Of a stretch of DNA of 33,906 nucleotides, positions 20,292 through 29,353 are shown one piece after another. A model generated the notes under the pieces. That model saw only the letters and a list, made by a program, of their open reading frames with translations, searched no databases and was not told the DNA's origin. Made by a program: the position numbers and the translations under genes. How positions within the stretch are numbered: position 1 is the first letter of the stretch; each line of letters begins with the position of its first letter. Source of the stretch: Stramenopiles sp. TOSAG23-6 (lineage: Eukaryota). Location: contig LT635953.1 of assembly GCA_900128565.1 (NCBI GenBank), positions 1 to 33,906 on the forward strand, read 5' to 3'.

Positions 20292-22670
20292 ATGTCGAGC
20301 GATCCATGTTCTAGTACTGTATCAAATCTAGTCTGGCGTGAAAAAAAAAATTCAGTGAACATTGTGCCAATGGTCAAAACTTGGAATGCTAGAGCTACTA
20401 ACAGACGTTTACGCCCAAGCTTGTCACGCTATGTGATGAATCGTCAAATGGGTTGTGGCGGAGGACAACAATACTCACAGTCTACAACTGTACAGTGGAT
20501 GAAACGTCGGCTTATCGTTGGATGTAAAGCTTCATCCCTTGCAAATTCACGAATAAACGTTCTCATGTGTCGAAATGAGTTGGAGGAAGATGTACCACCG
20601 TTTTGTTCCTTTTTCTCCAGATATGCGCTTGGTGGACATGCACTATGTATATCAGACGAAGATGGATGGGTAGAAATCTTAGACTCGCGATTGCCATTGG
20701 ACATCATTGAAAATGCTGAAAGAAAACGTCACCGTTGGCTTGCTCACGCTAACGCAGTATTCGATTTAAAGTGGACGGACTACGACACCAAAATTATTAC
20801 AGCTTCAGGTGATCAAACGGCACGTTTATTTGATATAGAAACACGGAAATTATTGTTAACATTTGAATCTCATAATGGAAGTGTTAAATCTATTTCAACG
20901 CATCCATTAAACCCTCATGTGTACGCTACTGGTGCACGTGATGGCCATTTGATGCTTTGGGATTCTCGTATATCAATGAAAATAGCTGGTTCAAACAAGA
21001 GAAGAGATCGTGGTCGTAGTATTGGCGATACGACGGCAAATACAAATGACTGGATTGTCAATCCTTTCATAAAAGAATACAATGCACATACTCTTCAAAT
21101 GTTCAAACGAAAAAGAAGTCAAGGTTCTATTCCTGTCGACTCTTGTGCTGCTGTTACAACTGTTAACCTCATGAAGGATGGATTTTCATTAATAACTGGT
21201 GGTGCTGCATCAGGTTGTATGAAAGCATGGGATTTGCGACGTTTAAAAGGTAGAAAGAATAAACAAATTCAACATGTCGATGAATTTTGTCCTAGGCGAA
21301 GTCCGGGTAGACCATATGGAATTAGCTCAATTGATGTAGATGAAAGTGGAACAACACTCTTGGTAAACTTTACTAATAATATTATCAATCTCTTTCATTT
21401 TGGTATGTCTAATCCATGCTTCAAGAGTTATAGTGATATAACTGGTAAAGGCAAAGGAAAATGTTGTGATGGGAGGTCAGGTGGGTGTCTTAATCACACT
21501 TCTGGTTTCGTAAAACATCCGTATAATTATGTATCAGACACAAGAATGAGTGACTCTTTCTACGTAAAGGCATGTTTTTCTCCAGATGGTAGACACATAC
21601 TAGCAGGTTCTTGTGACAGTAAAGCATATATTTGGCCAGTACTATCATGTGGTAGTTCTTATGACTTTGATGGAATTTCTTCTTTTGCACCTGATGAAGT
21701 ATCTATACCAAAGGATGTAATATTAGAACGTCGTAGGCAACAAAAATATTCTTCCGAAGAAATTCATAATGTGAAACCTATACGAATTCTTTCTGATGCT
21801 CTTTCAGAAGTAACCTGTGTAGATTGGTGTAAAATTGACCCTCAAAGAATTGTTACTTGTTCAGATGATTCTATTGTTAGATGTTATCAATTGCCCAATG
21901 CATGTGACGAAGAAAAAACATATTTCAGTAATCCCTACCTAGTATATAAGACAATATTACCTGAATCTCAAAAAAATATACAAAATAATAACAATTCACA
22001 GACAAACACTCAAAATAAACCGAAAAAAATCCAATACACTCTTGCGAATAAAAGTATCAGATATTCTACTATAAAAAATAATATGATATCAGAGTCTATG
22101 GAAACCTCAGCTGGTAGATCTGTCAAAGATAAAATAAAATATAGTGAAAATATTGAAAAAAATAAATCATTTTTATGGCCAAATAAAGAAGTAAATTTAA
22201 AACAAAAAAAAGAAGCTCGTTTAATAGCAATAATGAGAGCAAAAATAAAAGCTGAAAAAATAAAAGAAAACAAAAGAATTAAAGACGAGGAAAATAAATT
22301 ACATAATGGGAATGGAGAAACTGATAAAACGGATATTCTATCCAAGATTTCACCTCTTAGTCGATATTTTCGAATCAAACCAAGAACAATTAGCAAATTA
22401 ACAGATACAGATGTTGTATCTGACAATAAAGAAAATGTATCACAGCATGATGATTCTTGCACAAAAAAGCAAAGTAAGACAAGTTTTAATAATTCTGATA
22501 GTAATTACCAAGCATGTATTATAAAGAAGGTATTAGATGACTCTAGAGAGAAAAACCAAATAAATACAAAAGAATCTGAAAAAGATCTATCGTGTAGTAG
22601 TAGTCCAGAGAAAAAACGACAGCGAACTATTTTAGACTTATGGGGGCTTAATAATATACTTAACTTATAA
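20292..22670 (+). CDS. DTL: CDT2/DTL (denticleless) WD40 substrate receptor of CRL4
   Basis: WLAHANAVFDLKW, TASGDQT, HNGSVKS, TGARDG, SFYVKACFSPDG, EVTCVDW, TCSDD; C-terminal PIP-like box QRTILDLW. Confidence 0.9.
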   Translation: MSSDPCSSTVSNLVWREKKNSVNIVPMVKTWNARATNRRLRPSLSRYVMNRQMGCGGGQQYSQSTTVQWMKRRLIVGCKASSLANSRINVLMCRNELEEDVPPFCSFFSRYALGGHALCISDEDGWVEILDSRLPLDIIENAERKRHRWLAHANAVFDLKWTDYDTKIITASGDQTARLFDIETRKLLLTFESHNGSVKSISTHPLNPHVYATGARDGHLMLWDSRISMKIAGSNKRRDRGRSIGDTTANTNDWIVNPFIKEYNAHTLQMFKRKRSQGSIPVDSCAAVTTVNLMKDGFSLITGGAASGCMKAWDLRRLKGRKNKQIQHVDEFCPRRSPGRPYGISSIDVDESGTTLLVNFTNNIINLFHFGMSNPCFKSYSDITGKGKGKCCDGRSGGCLNHTSGFVKHPYNYVSDTRMSDSFYVKACFSPDGRHILAGSCDSKAYIWPVLSCGSSYDFDGISSFAPDEVSIPKDVILERRRQQKYSSEEIHNVKPIRILSDALSEVTCVDWCKIDPQRIVTCSDDSIVRCYQLPNACDEEKTYFSNPYLVYKTILPESQKNIQNNNNSQTNTQNKPKKIQYTLANKSIRYSTIKNNMISESMETSAGRSVKDKIKYSENIEKNKSFLWPNKEVNLKQKKEARLIAIMRAKIKAEKIKENKRIKDEENKLHNGNGETDKTDILSKISPLSRYFRIKPRTISKLTDTDVVSDNKENVSQHDDSCTKKQSKTSFNNSDSNYQACIIKKVLDDSREKNQINTKESEKDLSCSSSPEKKRQRTILDLWGLNNILNL

Positions 22671-22712
22671 TTTATTATTAAAGAATGTTTTTATCATCAC
22701 ATTAAATGTCTT

Positions 22713-25700
22713 CTATGTTTCCCAAATTTTAGCGTTGTTCCATTCTGCGGAGTTTTCTCCGTAAACGCTTCGGAATTCCTCTTCGGTGTATGCGGTGCCA
22801 TCACTAGGATCAATCCGCTTTTCAACATAGTATAATGGCTGATTATCATCTGATTGGTATGCGTCATTATCAAAGTGATCTCCATCGGTATTATAACCAC
22901 CTTCATCAGTTTCGTATCCAAATTCGTCATTAAGAGCCTCCAACGAAGTCATATCATCAAGTATGCTATTTTGTGGATAATCTTGGTCTTGCTCTGCGTA
23001 GTTGATTTGATTAATTCCTGTGTCATCTTTCTTCTCGTCCGCATCCACCCCGGCTTCGTTGATGTTTTCGTCATCGTCACTATTATCACTATCACTTTCT
23101 TTGTTTTTGTCACTATCGTCAAAACCTCCTTCCGGTATCGGCGGTGGTGGGGGTCTTTCCTTTACTTTTTTCTTGAGAATATTCTTGAAACTAGAAACCT
23201 TTTTCTTTTCAATAACTTTTACGACGCCACCTTCGTCGTTTTTCTCGTTATCATCATCGCTATCATCATCGCTATCTTCATCGTCGCTACTACTACTTTT
23301 GCTGATTTGCTTGGTGTCCTTTACCTTTCTTTTTTTTCTACGTAAAAGACGTTTAAACTTCTTTGCCAAAGGAACGTCCGAATCTGAATCAGTGTCAGAA
23401 GAAAGTACAGCTGCCCGTTTCTTCTTAGGCTTTTCAAAAGGAACAATTCGAATATCGCCTTCTGGCATTTTCCAGCTAGTCTCACCAGATGCTCCGCAGA
23501 AATAGTATGTTCTTCCAGTTTTTTTGTCGTGCAACGAATTCCAAAGCATAATACTGTTGGTGTCCTTAATTTTCTTGACAAAGCCTCCCACAGTAGCGCG
23601 GACGTCTTCCTTTCCACGAATTGCTCTTCCTAAAAATGAAACTGCGTTTGCTAGGTCTTGTGCTTGCAATGATGTTGCTGCACTGACAAGGTTCGAAGAA
23701 ATCCTTGCGGCTTTTGTATCCATTGCGTTTTTATATGCATCTGTATCCTTTGCGACACCCCACAATTTTGAAAGAGCTTCCGCTGTTTCACTTTCACGAA
23801 TTTTCGTCATTGTACTTTCAGAACCAGGTGGGCCCTTCAACACCCCACCAATATCGATCCCTTTCTCTCTTACACCATCCGCGAGTCTTGCCGCGAACAA
23901 TGCTACTTTCGAATGTTTTGGCAACTTATAGCATTTGACTCCTTTTACTCTAGTGCAATTTCCCTGACTATCTAACTTCACATTCTTCGAAGGAACAGTT
24001 GCAAAATTTCCGAATCCGTCCCATTTTTCTACCAGCATTATTTGTAATACGGTCTCTATGCTCTCCTTCTGTTGTTGCTCTAAACGAATTTTATCAATTA
24101 GCCTTTGTGCTGGCGATTTCAATGAATCCATTAAAATTGCTGCGTCAGTTTTTTTATTGACAATCGCGTTACGTCTCTTCTTCTTCTTCGATTTTCTCCT
24201 CGCACGTTTAACTGTGAACTTGCGCCCAACAATGAGTATACGGTCGTTTTCTTTCAAAAGATCAGTGATATCAACTGTCGTGTGAAGCGTTCTCTTATCT
24301 CTTACCAAAGTAACGGTTCCCGGCAGTTCCTCACTGAATTTATCTTCCATTATAATAGAAGCAGCTGATCGACCAATATTTTTGAAACGAGTTGACGTCA
24401 ACTTTTGCCGATCTTGTTCTTGTCTAACCTTAATACTTTCAGCTCGCTCCCAAAGTCGCTGCTGTCTCATACGCTCACGCCCTGCGCGACGGATCATCTT
24501 TCCACGATACAATGCTTGAAATTTTGTAGCGGACTGATGCATCGCCATTAATTGGAACTGAGCTCGCAGTGCATCTCGTTCTGCTAGCTGTTCTGCTTCT
24601 ATACGAGCTCTTTCTTCTTGAATTTTCTTATTCCAAATATCAACTAGAAGCAAAGGTTCAGGTTTCGCATTGTGAAGCATCCTTTGGCCATGAGAGTGAA
24701 CTTTTTCAAAGCAAATTGTGCAATATGGTTCATCGCACTCAATACACCACCACTTAACTGCGTAGTCCTCACACTCTACACATGTTGCAACAATTGGTGT
24801 CCATGAGTGAGACTTTTTCATGTGTATATTTTCAAAGCAATTGTCACAAAGTTTAGCTTTCTTTGGAGTTTTCCTATGAGCAAGCTTACACGCTAAACAG
24901 TGGCGAGTTGCCACTTGATAACCACATTCCCCACAGATGTCAACAGGGAGTTTTGTGTGCTTCTTCCGTTTACCTGAACAGTGTGTGTCGTCATAACATG
25001 CACTACAAAATTGTGTCTCACATTCCCGACAGACAACTTCAACACGTTCTTCTTCACATTGCGAACATAGAACAACAAATTCACGCTCAGGAGTCGGAAG
25101 TGTAAAAATATTGTCAAGATCTTCCGCTTCAACCCAATAAGCTTGATCATTCGCATCATAATCCCAATAACCATCTCGTAGGCAAGCAGGTCGATGCCAA
25201 GACTTTTCATTTGTTCTTTTGTTGAAATAATACGGTTCTTTAGTTTCAGGGTCCATAAATTTTACAAATATATCATTGATAACAGCCCATCTACGAGCTT
25301 TAGCCTGGTATCTCCTGACCATTAATTGAATACGAATAACCCAACCACCCTTTCGCTTTGCTTCCAACCATGCTTCCTTTGCTATTCTAGAAAGTGCCAT
25401 GAGCTCCTTTCCCTTATACCTTCGCCAGGATGCAGCGCACACCCTTTGAGCCCATGTTAAATCATCTGTTACTTTCGACTCAAGTTTCTTTCTTGCGCTC
25501 TTGTTAAAAACTACCCCGTTGGAATATAATAAATGATTATGGATAACTAGTATTAATCTAATTTCACCTGGTGTCAATGGATTGAAAATTCCTCCCAAGC
25601 GACCAGGTGTTCTCGTGTTCGGAATCAATTTTCCAATTCTATGTTGTGCTCTTAGTTCGTTAAAATTTGTCGCTGCTGGATACTTAAGATTTGCTATATC

Positions 25701-28700
25701 TAAGAGAGCGTCGAGAAACTGTGAAAAGTTTAGGACACGCTCGTTCTTTTTTTTGTATTTAGCAAAGATAATATCGCACTTAGTAGCAGTTATTTTTGAT
25801 TTATCCAAAAGATTATGTGCTTGTGATATCATCTTTTTAAAAGAAGAATTGTCTATGGTTAATTGCTTTGAGGCTCCCTGCTCCTTTGCGAAGTTACAAA
25901 ATATACCGCCAAAGCCCCACACACCCAAAACTTCAGGGCNTATCCCCTTTTTCTTTTTTATACGTATAGTTCGTAGAGTAAGAACGTATTTCCAGTACTT
26001 TCTCGTATGAGCATATTCGGCACGCCCACACCACCCGACATCCTCAAGCCGACGCATTGAATCTCTCAAGTTTGAAGCCAATATACGTCCGTGATATCCA
26101 CGGACCATCGATTGAATTTTTGCCACAACACCCTGGTATCTTCTCATCCTATCTAATAGTGCTCGAAATTTTTTACGTTGCATTGATCCTTTCAAATATC
26201 TTTGAAGAACTATCGCCATTTTCTTCTTTCTTGCAGAGTTCCACTTGAGAAAGCGCCGCTGTATTTTCGAAGCAGCCGGTCCATATCTTTTCATCAGAAC
26301 TCTCTTTTTCATTAGATGTCCACGTATCCTACTCTGTACGAGAATGACAGCATTCATTCTTTTCTCTATTTTTGACTTAATTCTTGCTTTTTGCATTAGA
26401 TGGATTTTACACTTTACTTTTTTTCGACCAAGCTTCCCACGATAGCATTTTTGAACTAAAATTGCTGCTTTCTCAAGCTTTCGAGCTTTGTTAAATATAC
26501 CTAGTTTTACTGCCCGTCTTAGCTTGTGCTTGTTTTTCTTCAGAGCTTGCATATCAACGACAGTTTTAAACCTACCTCCAAAATACGATAGCTCTTGTAA
26601 GTCAGCCTCTCCTGCTTGTTTTTTTTTCTGTCTTCGTTGAGCGGTAATACGAATCTTTGACCAATATAAATCTTCCCGAATTTTTTTGCAAGCCTGCACC
26701 TGTAGAATCCGCCGCAAGTGATACTGAACTTTTTTCTTTGCAAGGAAACGTCTTCTTTCTTTGAATGTTCCAGTGATGTATCGCTGTACTCTCAGCGCCA
26801 TCTTGAATTTTCTAGCTTTTATTAAATTTCGAAGCTGCTTATATCGTTCTATACCACGCCACCATTCTTTAATATAATTAGCTGCCCCGTGTTTTCGAAA
26901 TAAAAGAAGACGTTCTGCCCGTTCCCTCTCACGTTGAACCTTGGCTCGTCGCATACGCCGCAAAGTCAAAAGAAGCTTAACATGCTTCCTATCTCTAAAA
27001 GCTCGAAAAATTCGCTGTGCATGAACTGCAAGACGTATTTTTGCTTCCTTCAGTATTTTTAGGAAAAACATCAATGCTTTTGAGTGGTGTATCCGGTAGT
27101 GCTGCTGCACTTTCTTACAGCTTTCTACCAACAGTTTGAATTTTTTTGTACTCTTTCTTGATTCGTAACCACGATAGAGTCTTTGTAAGTGAATCGTTCC
27201 TTGAATACGACGGAGAACTCTTTCACGAGAATCTTTCTGTGCTTCCCGTTCCTGATTCCGAATTCTACCCAACTTGTCCTGGATATCCTTCCAACCCCAA
27301 TATATCCTATAACGCCTTTGAATAATTGTTGCGTATTTTATTCGACTTGCTAAAATTTGTCGCTGTATTTCTTCTCTCCACCTATGCAAACCGAGCTCAA
27401 GGTATTTTATGATCATGTTGTTTAAAGATTTCTTAATCATGTTAACGAAACGTTTCATTCGGAACCCATAGACTTCATCGTTCATTGCTTTTGCGACTAA
27501 ATTCCGTGGTAACCTTTGCAACATCGCAGACATCATTCTCGTGCTTTGATATTTCATTTCATTTACTTGCAACCGTGATTCTTCGGCACTATGCTTCAAA
27601 ATATTGTGTCTTTGTTTTGTTGGAGGATCAATTGCCTGAGGAGTTTGTATTAAATTTGTACTTGTTAAACCAGTAGCTGATTTCAGGCAATGTGCTGACA
27701 GACCATGTAACACAAAACCTGGTTTTTTGACAGAGGTTGAATGCAGAGCTATTGGAGTCTTTTCTATATTTATAACTTTCGGATCTGTTTCTTGTTCTAC
27801 ATTTTCTGTTTCAGAAAACCCCTCATTATTTTCTGAATGTAAACAAATGTCTTTATTATTTTCTCTATCAAGTATGTTGTTCTCATGAATTTGTATATCT
27901 TTGCTTTTTGAANTTGAAGTCCTCACAACATCTTGATGTCTTGATATTTTCGTTTTTGTAGAATCTTTTTGTGAAACTTGTGGTTTTGTAAAATCTTTTT
28001 GTGAAACTTGTGGCAATGGTGTTGTTCCAATATAAGACGTTGGAAATTTATGTTTCCTAGCGAGTGTTTCATGTTGTTTCTTTCGAAGTTCATGAAATGG
28101 ATCCAAATGATCACTTTTCGTAAATTGTTTTTCAATCTGTTTAATTGCTTGCCTTACGGCAAAGTTGGGCGCAGGAATTTTATCTAGTTCTTTTGCCATA
28201 TGAGGTGAAATTGCACTGAGTATTGGTAATTTCGGTGGTGGTGTATATTCTATTGGTTTTTCATCTTTATTTAGGGATGATTTATATCCAGGTATAATAC
28301 CTCGTTTCTGTAAAATGTATTTTCTGTGTTGCTGTGCTGTTCTTTGTAAATGATATAATTTAACCTGAAAGTTTGTATCATTTTGCATTCGTTTGTATCG
28401 TATATTTTGCTCTAACGCCTTCGCTTCATCCTCAAGTTCTTTCGGTCGAGATAAAAACTCTTCAATTGTTAGTTGTGATTTCCTATCAGATAAATGCATC
28501 GGTTGTAGTGAATATTCCTCACGTCTATCTAATAACCCTAATCCTACAGTTGGATTACTTGTGACAGATTTTGATATTTTACGTCTAATTGTACTACTTC
28601 GTGGCTTATTTGCCACTGAGCGAACTGAAGATAAGGGGGGGACTACAAAGCTCCCACCTGGTCCAAATGAACCGTCTTCGGCATATCCCGATCCAATTAT

Positions 28701-29042
28701 ATCACCTATATTGTACGAACCAATACTTACTAAACTATTCATAGGACCAAGTTGGTCCTTTTTTTGATTCTCAGTCAGTCTCTCTTGACGATAACGCTTT
28801 CGACGGCGTCTTTTGATTTTAGATTCAGATATTTGGTTCTTTTTTGTGTAAGGAGATATACCAAACTGACTAGATATAATGTTACGTGAAACCTTTAGGG
28901 AGGAAGCGTTACCAGTTTCAATTTGCGATAGTAAGTCTTGAATGTCAGTCATATCCTGACCAACTGGCTCGTCATTGAAGTGATCTATAGGAGTAGAACT
29001 TTTCCGACGAGCACCTACTCTAAAGAATTTTTTGTCAGACAT
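22713..29042 (-). CDS. 2109-aa multidomain protein: IQ repeats, p25alpha/TPPP-like domain, two WW domains, B-box zinc fingers, acidic tail
   Basis: Many IQxxxRG motifs. IDNSSFKKM...LLDK.KIT.T..DIIFAK.K....R.LNF.QFLDAL is p25alpha-like. WW: DPETKEPYYFNKRTNEKSW and KTGRTYYFCGASGETSW. Repeated C..C...C..C...C..C...H arrays. Single open frame. Confidence 0.85.
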   Translation of the reverse strand: MSDKKFFRVGARRKSSTPIDHFNDEPVGQDMTDIQDLLSQIETGNASSLKVSRNIISSQFGISPYTKKNQISESKIKRRRRKRYRQERLTENQKKDQLGPMNSLVSIGSYNIGDIIGSGYAEDGSFGPGGSFVVPPLSSVRSVANKPRSSTIRRKISKSVTSNPTVGLGLLDRREEYSLQPMHLSDRKSQLTIEEFLSRPKELEDEAKALEQNIRYKRMQNDTNFQVKLYHLQRTAQQHRKYILQKRGIIPGYKSSLNKDEKPIEYTPPPKLPILSAISPHMAKELDKIPAPNFAVRQAIKQIEKQFTKSDHLDPFHELRKKQHETLARKHKFPTSYIGTTPLPQVSQKDFTKPQVSQKDSTKTKISRHQDVVRTSXSKSKDIQIHENNILDRENNKDICLHSENNEGFSETENVEQETDPKVINIEKTPIALHSTSVKKPGFVLHGLSAHCLKSATGLTSTNLIQTPQAIDPPTKQRHNILKHSAEESRLQVNEMKYQSTRMMSAMLQRLPRNLVAKAMNDEVYGFRMKRFVNMIKKSLNNMIIKYLELGLHRWREEIQRQILASRIKYATIIQRRYRIYWGWKDIQDKLGRIRNQEREAQKDSRERVLRRIQGTIHLQRLYRGYESRKSTKKFKLLVESCKKVQQHYRIHHSKALMFFLKILKEAKIRLAVHAQRIFRAFRDRKHVKLLLTLRRMRRAKVQRERERAERLLLFRKHGAANYIKEWWRGIERYKQLRNLIKARKFKMALRVQRYITGTFKERRRFLAKKKVQYHLRRILQVQACKKIREDLYWSKIRITAQRRQKKKQAGEADLQELSYFGGRFKTVVDMQALKKNKHKLRRAVKLGIFNKARKLEKAAILVQKCYRGKLGRKKVKCKIHLMQKARIKSKIEKRMNAVILVQSRIRGHLMKKRVLMKRYGPAASKIQRRFLKWNSARKKKMAIVLQRYLKGSMQRKKFRALLDRMRRYQGVVAKIQSMVRGYHGRILASNLRDSMRRLEDVGWCGRAEYAHTRKYWKYVLTLRTIRIKKKKGIXPEVLGVWGFGGIFCNFAKEQGASKQLTIDNSSFKKMISQAHNLLDKSKITATKCDIIFAKYKKKNERVLNFSQFLDALLDIANLKYPAATNFNELRAQHRIGKLIPNTRTPGRLGGIFNPLTPGEIRLILVIHNHLLYSNGVVFNKSARKKLESKVTDDLTWAQRVCAASWRRYKGKELMALSRIAKEAWLEAKRKGGWVIRIQLMVRRYQAKARRWAVINDIFVKFMDPETKEPYYFNKRTNEKSWHRPACLRDGYWDYDANDQAYWVEAEDLDNIFTLPTPEREFVVLCSQCEEERVEVVCRECETQFCSACYDDTHCSGKRKKHTKLPVDICGECGYQVATRHCLACKLAHRKTPKKAKLCDNCFENIHMKKSHSWTPIVATCVECEDYAVKWWCIECDEPYCTICFEKVHSHGQRMLHNAKPEPLLLVDIWNKKIQEERARIEAEQLAERDALRAQFQLMAMHQSATKFQALYRGKMIRRAGRERMRQQRLWERAESIKVRQEQDRQKLTSTRFKNIGRSAASIIMEDKFSEELPGTVTLVRDKRTLHTTVDITDLLKENDRILIVGRKFTVKRARRKSKKKKRRNAIVNKKTDAAILMDSLKSPAQRLIDKIRLEQQQKESIETVLQIMLVEKWDGFGNFATVPSKNVKLDSQGNCTRVKGVKCYKLPKHSKVALFAARLADGVREKGIDIGGVLKGPPGSESTMTKIRESETAEALSKLWGVAKDTDAYKNAMDTKAARISSNLVSAATSLQAQDLANAVSFLGRAIRGKEDVRATVGGFVKKIKDTNSIMLWNSLHDKKTGRTYYFCGASGETSWKMPEGDIRIVPFEKPKKKRAAVLSSDTDSDSDVPLAKKFKRLLRRKKRKVKDTKQISKSSSSDDEDSDDDSDDDNEKNDEGGVVKVIEKKKVSSFKNILKKKVKERPPPPPIPEGGFDDSDKNKESDSDNSDDDENINEAGVDADEKKDDTGINQINYAEQDQDYPQNSILDDMTSLEALNDEFGYETDEGGYNTDGDHFDNDAYQSDDNQPLYYVEKRIDPSDGTAYTEEEFRSVYGENSAEWNNAKIWET
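27954..28013 (-). repeat. 30-bp tandem duplication (PQVSQKD[F/S]TK x2)
   Basis: aatctttttgtgaaacttgtgg repeated with a 30-nt period. Confidence 0.85.
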
Positions 29043-29353
29043 ATCTAAATCTTTATTCTGGCATTTTCAGTGATTCCTTGGCCATGTGGCCGAAAACATG
29101 GCGTGGTGCTGATCAATCTTTCAATTTGTTTGTATGGGGGGGTACCAAGCATATTAGTAGTAGTGTCTCTCTCATGTCAGTTACATACAATTGTTGACTA
29201 CTAGTAGCAGCTGAATTTTAAAGATTTCGTGTAATCGCGCTGAGAGTCAGTTTAATTTTCACTCGAGGTTGAAGGAAGGAGTGCTACAAAGTACTTAGTT
29301 GTATATATCAGAGGCGCCCTCACATATAATATCGAGGTGCTCTTCCAGGGGCC

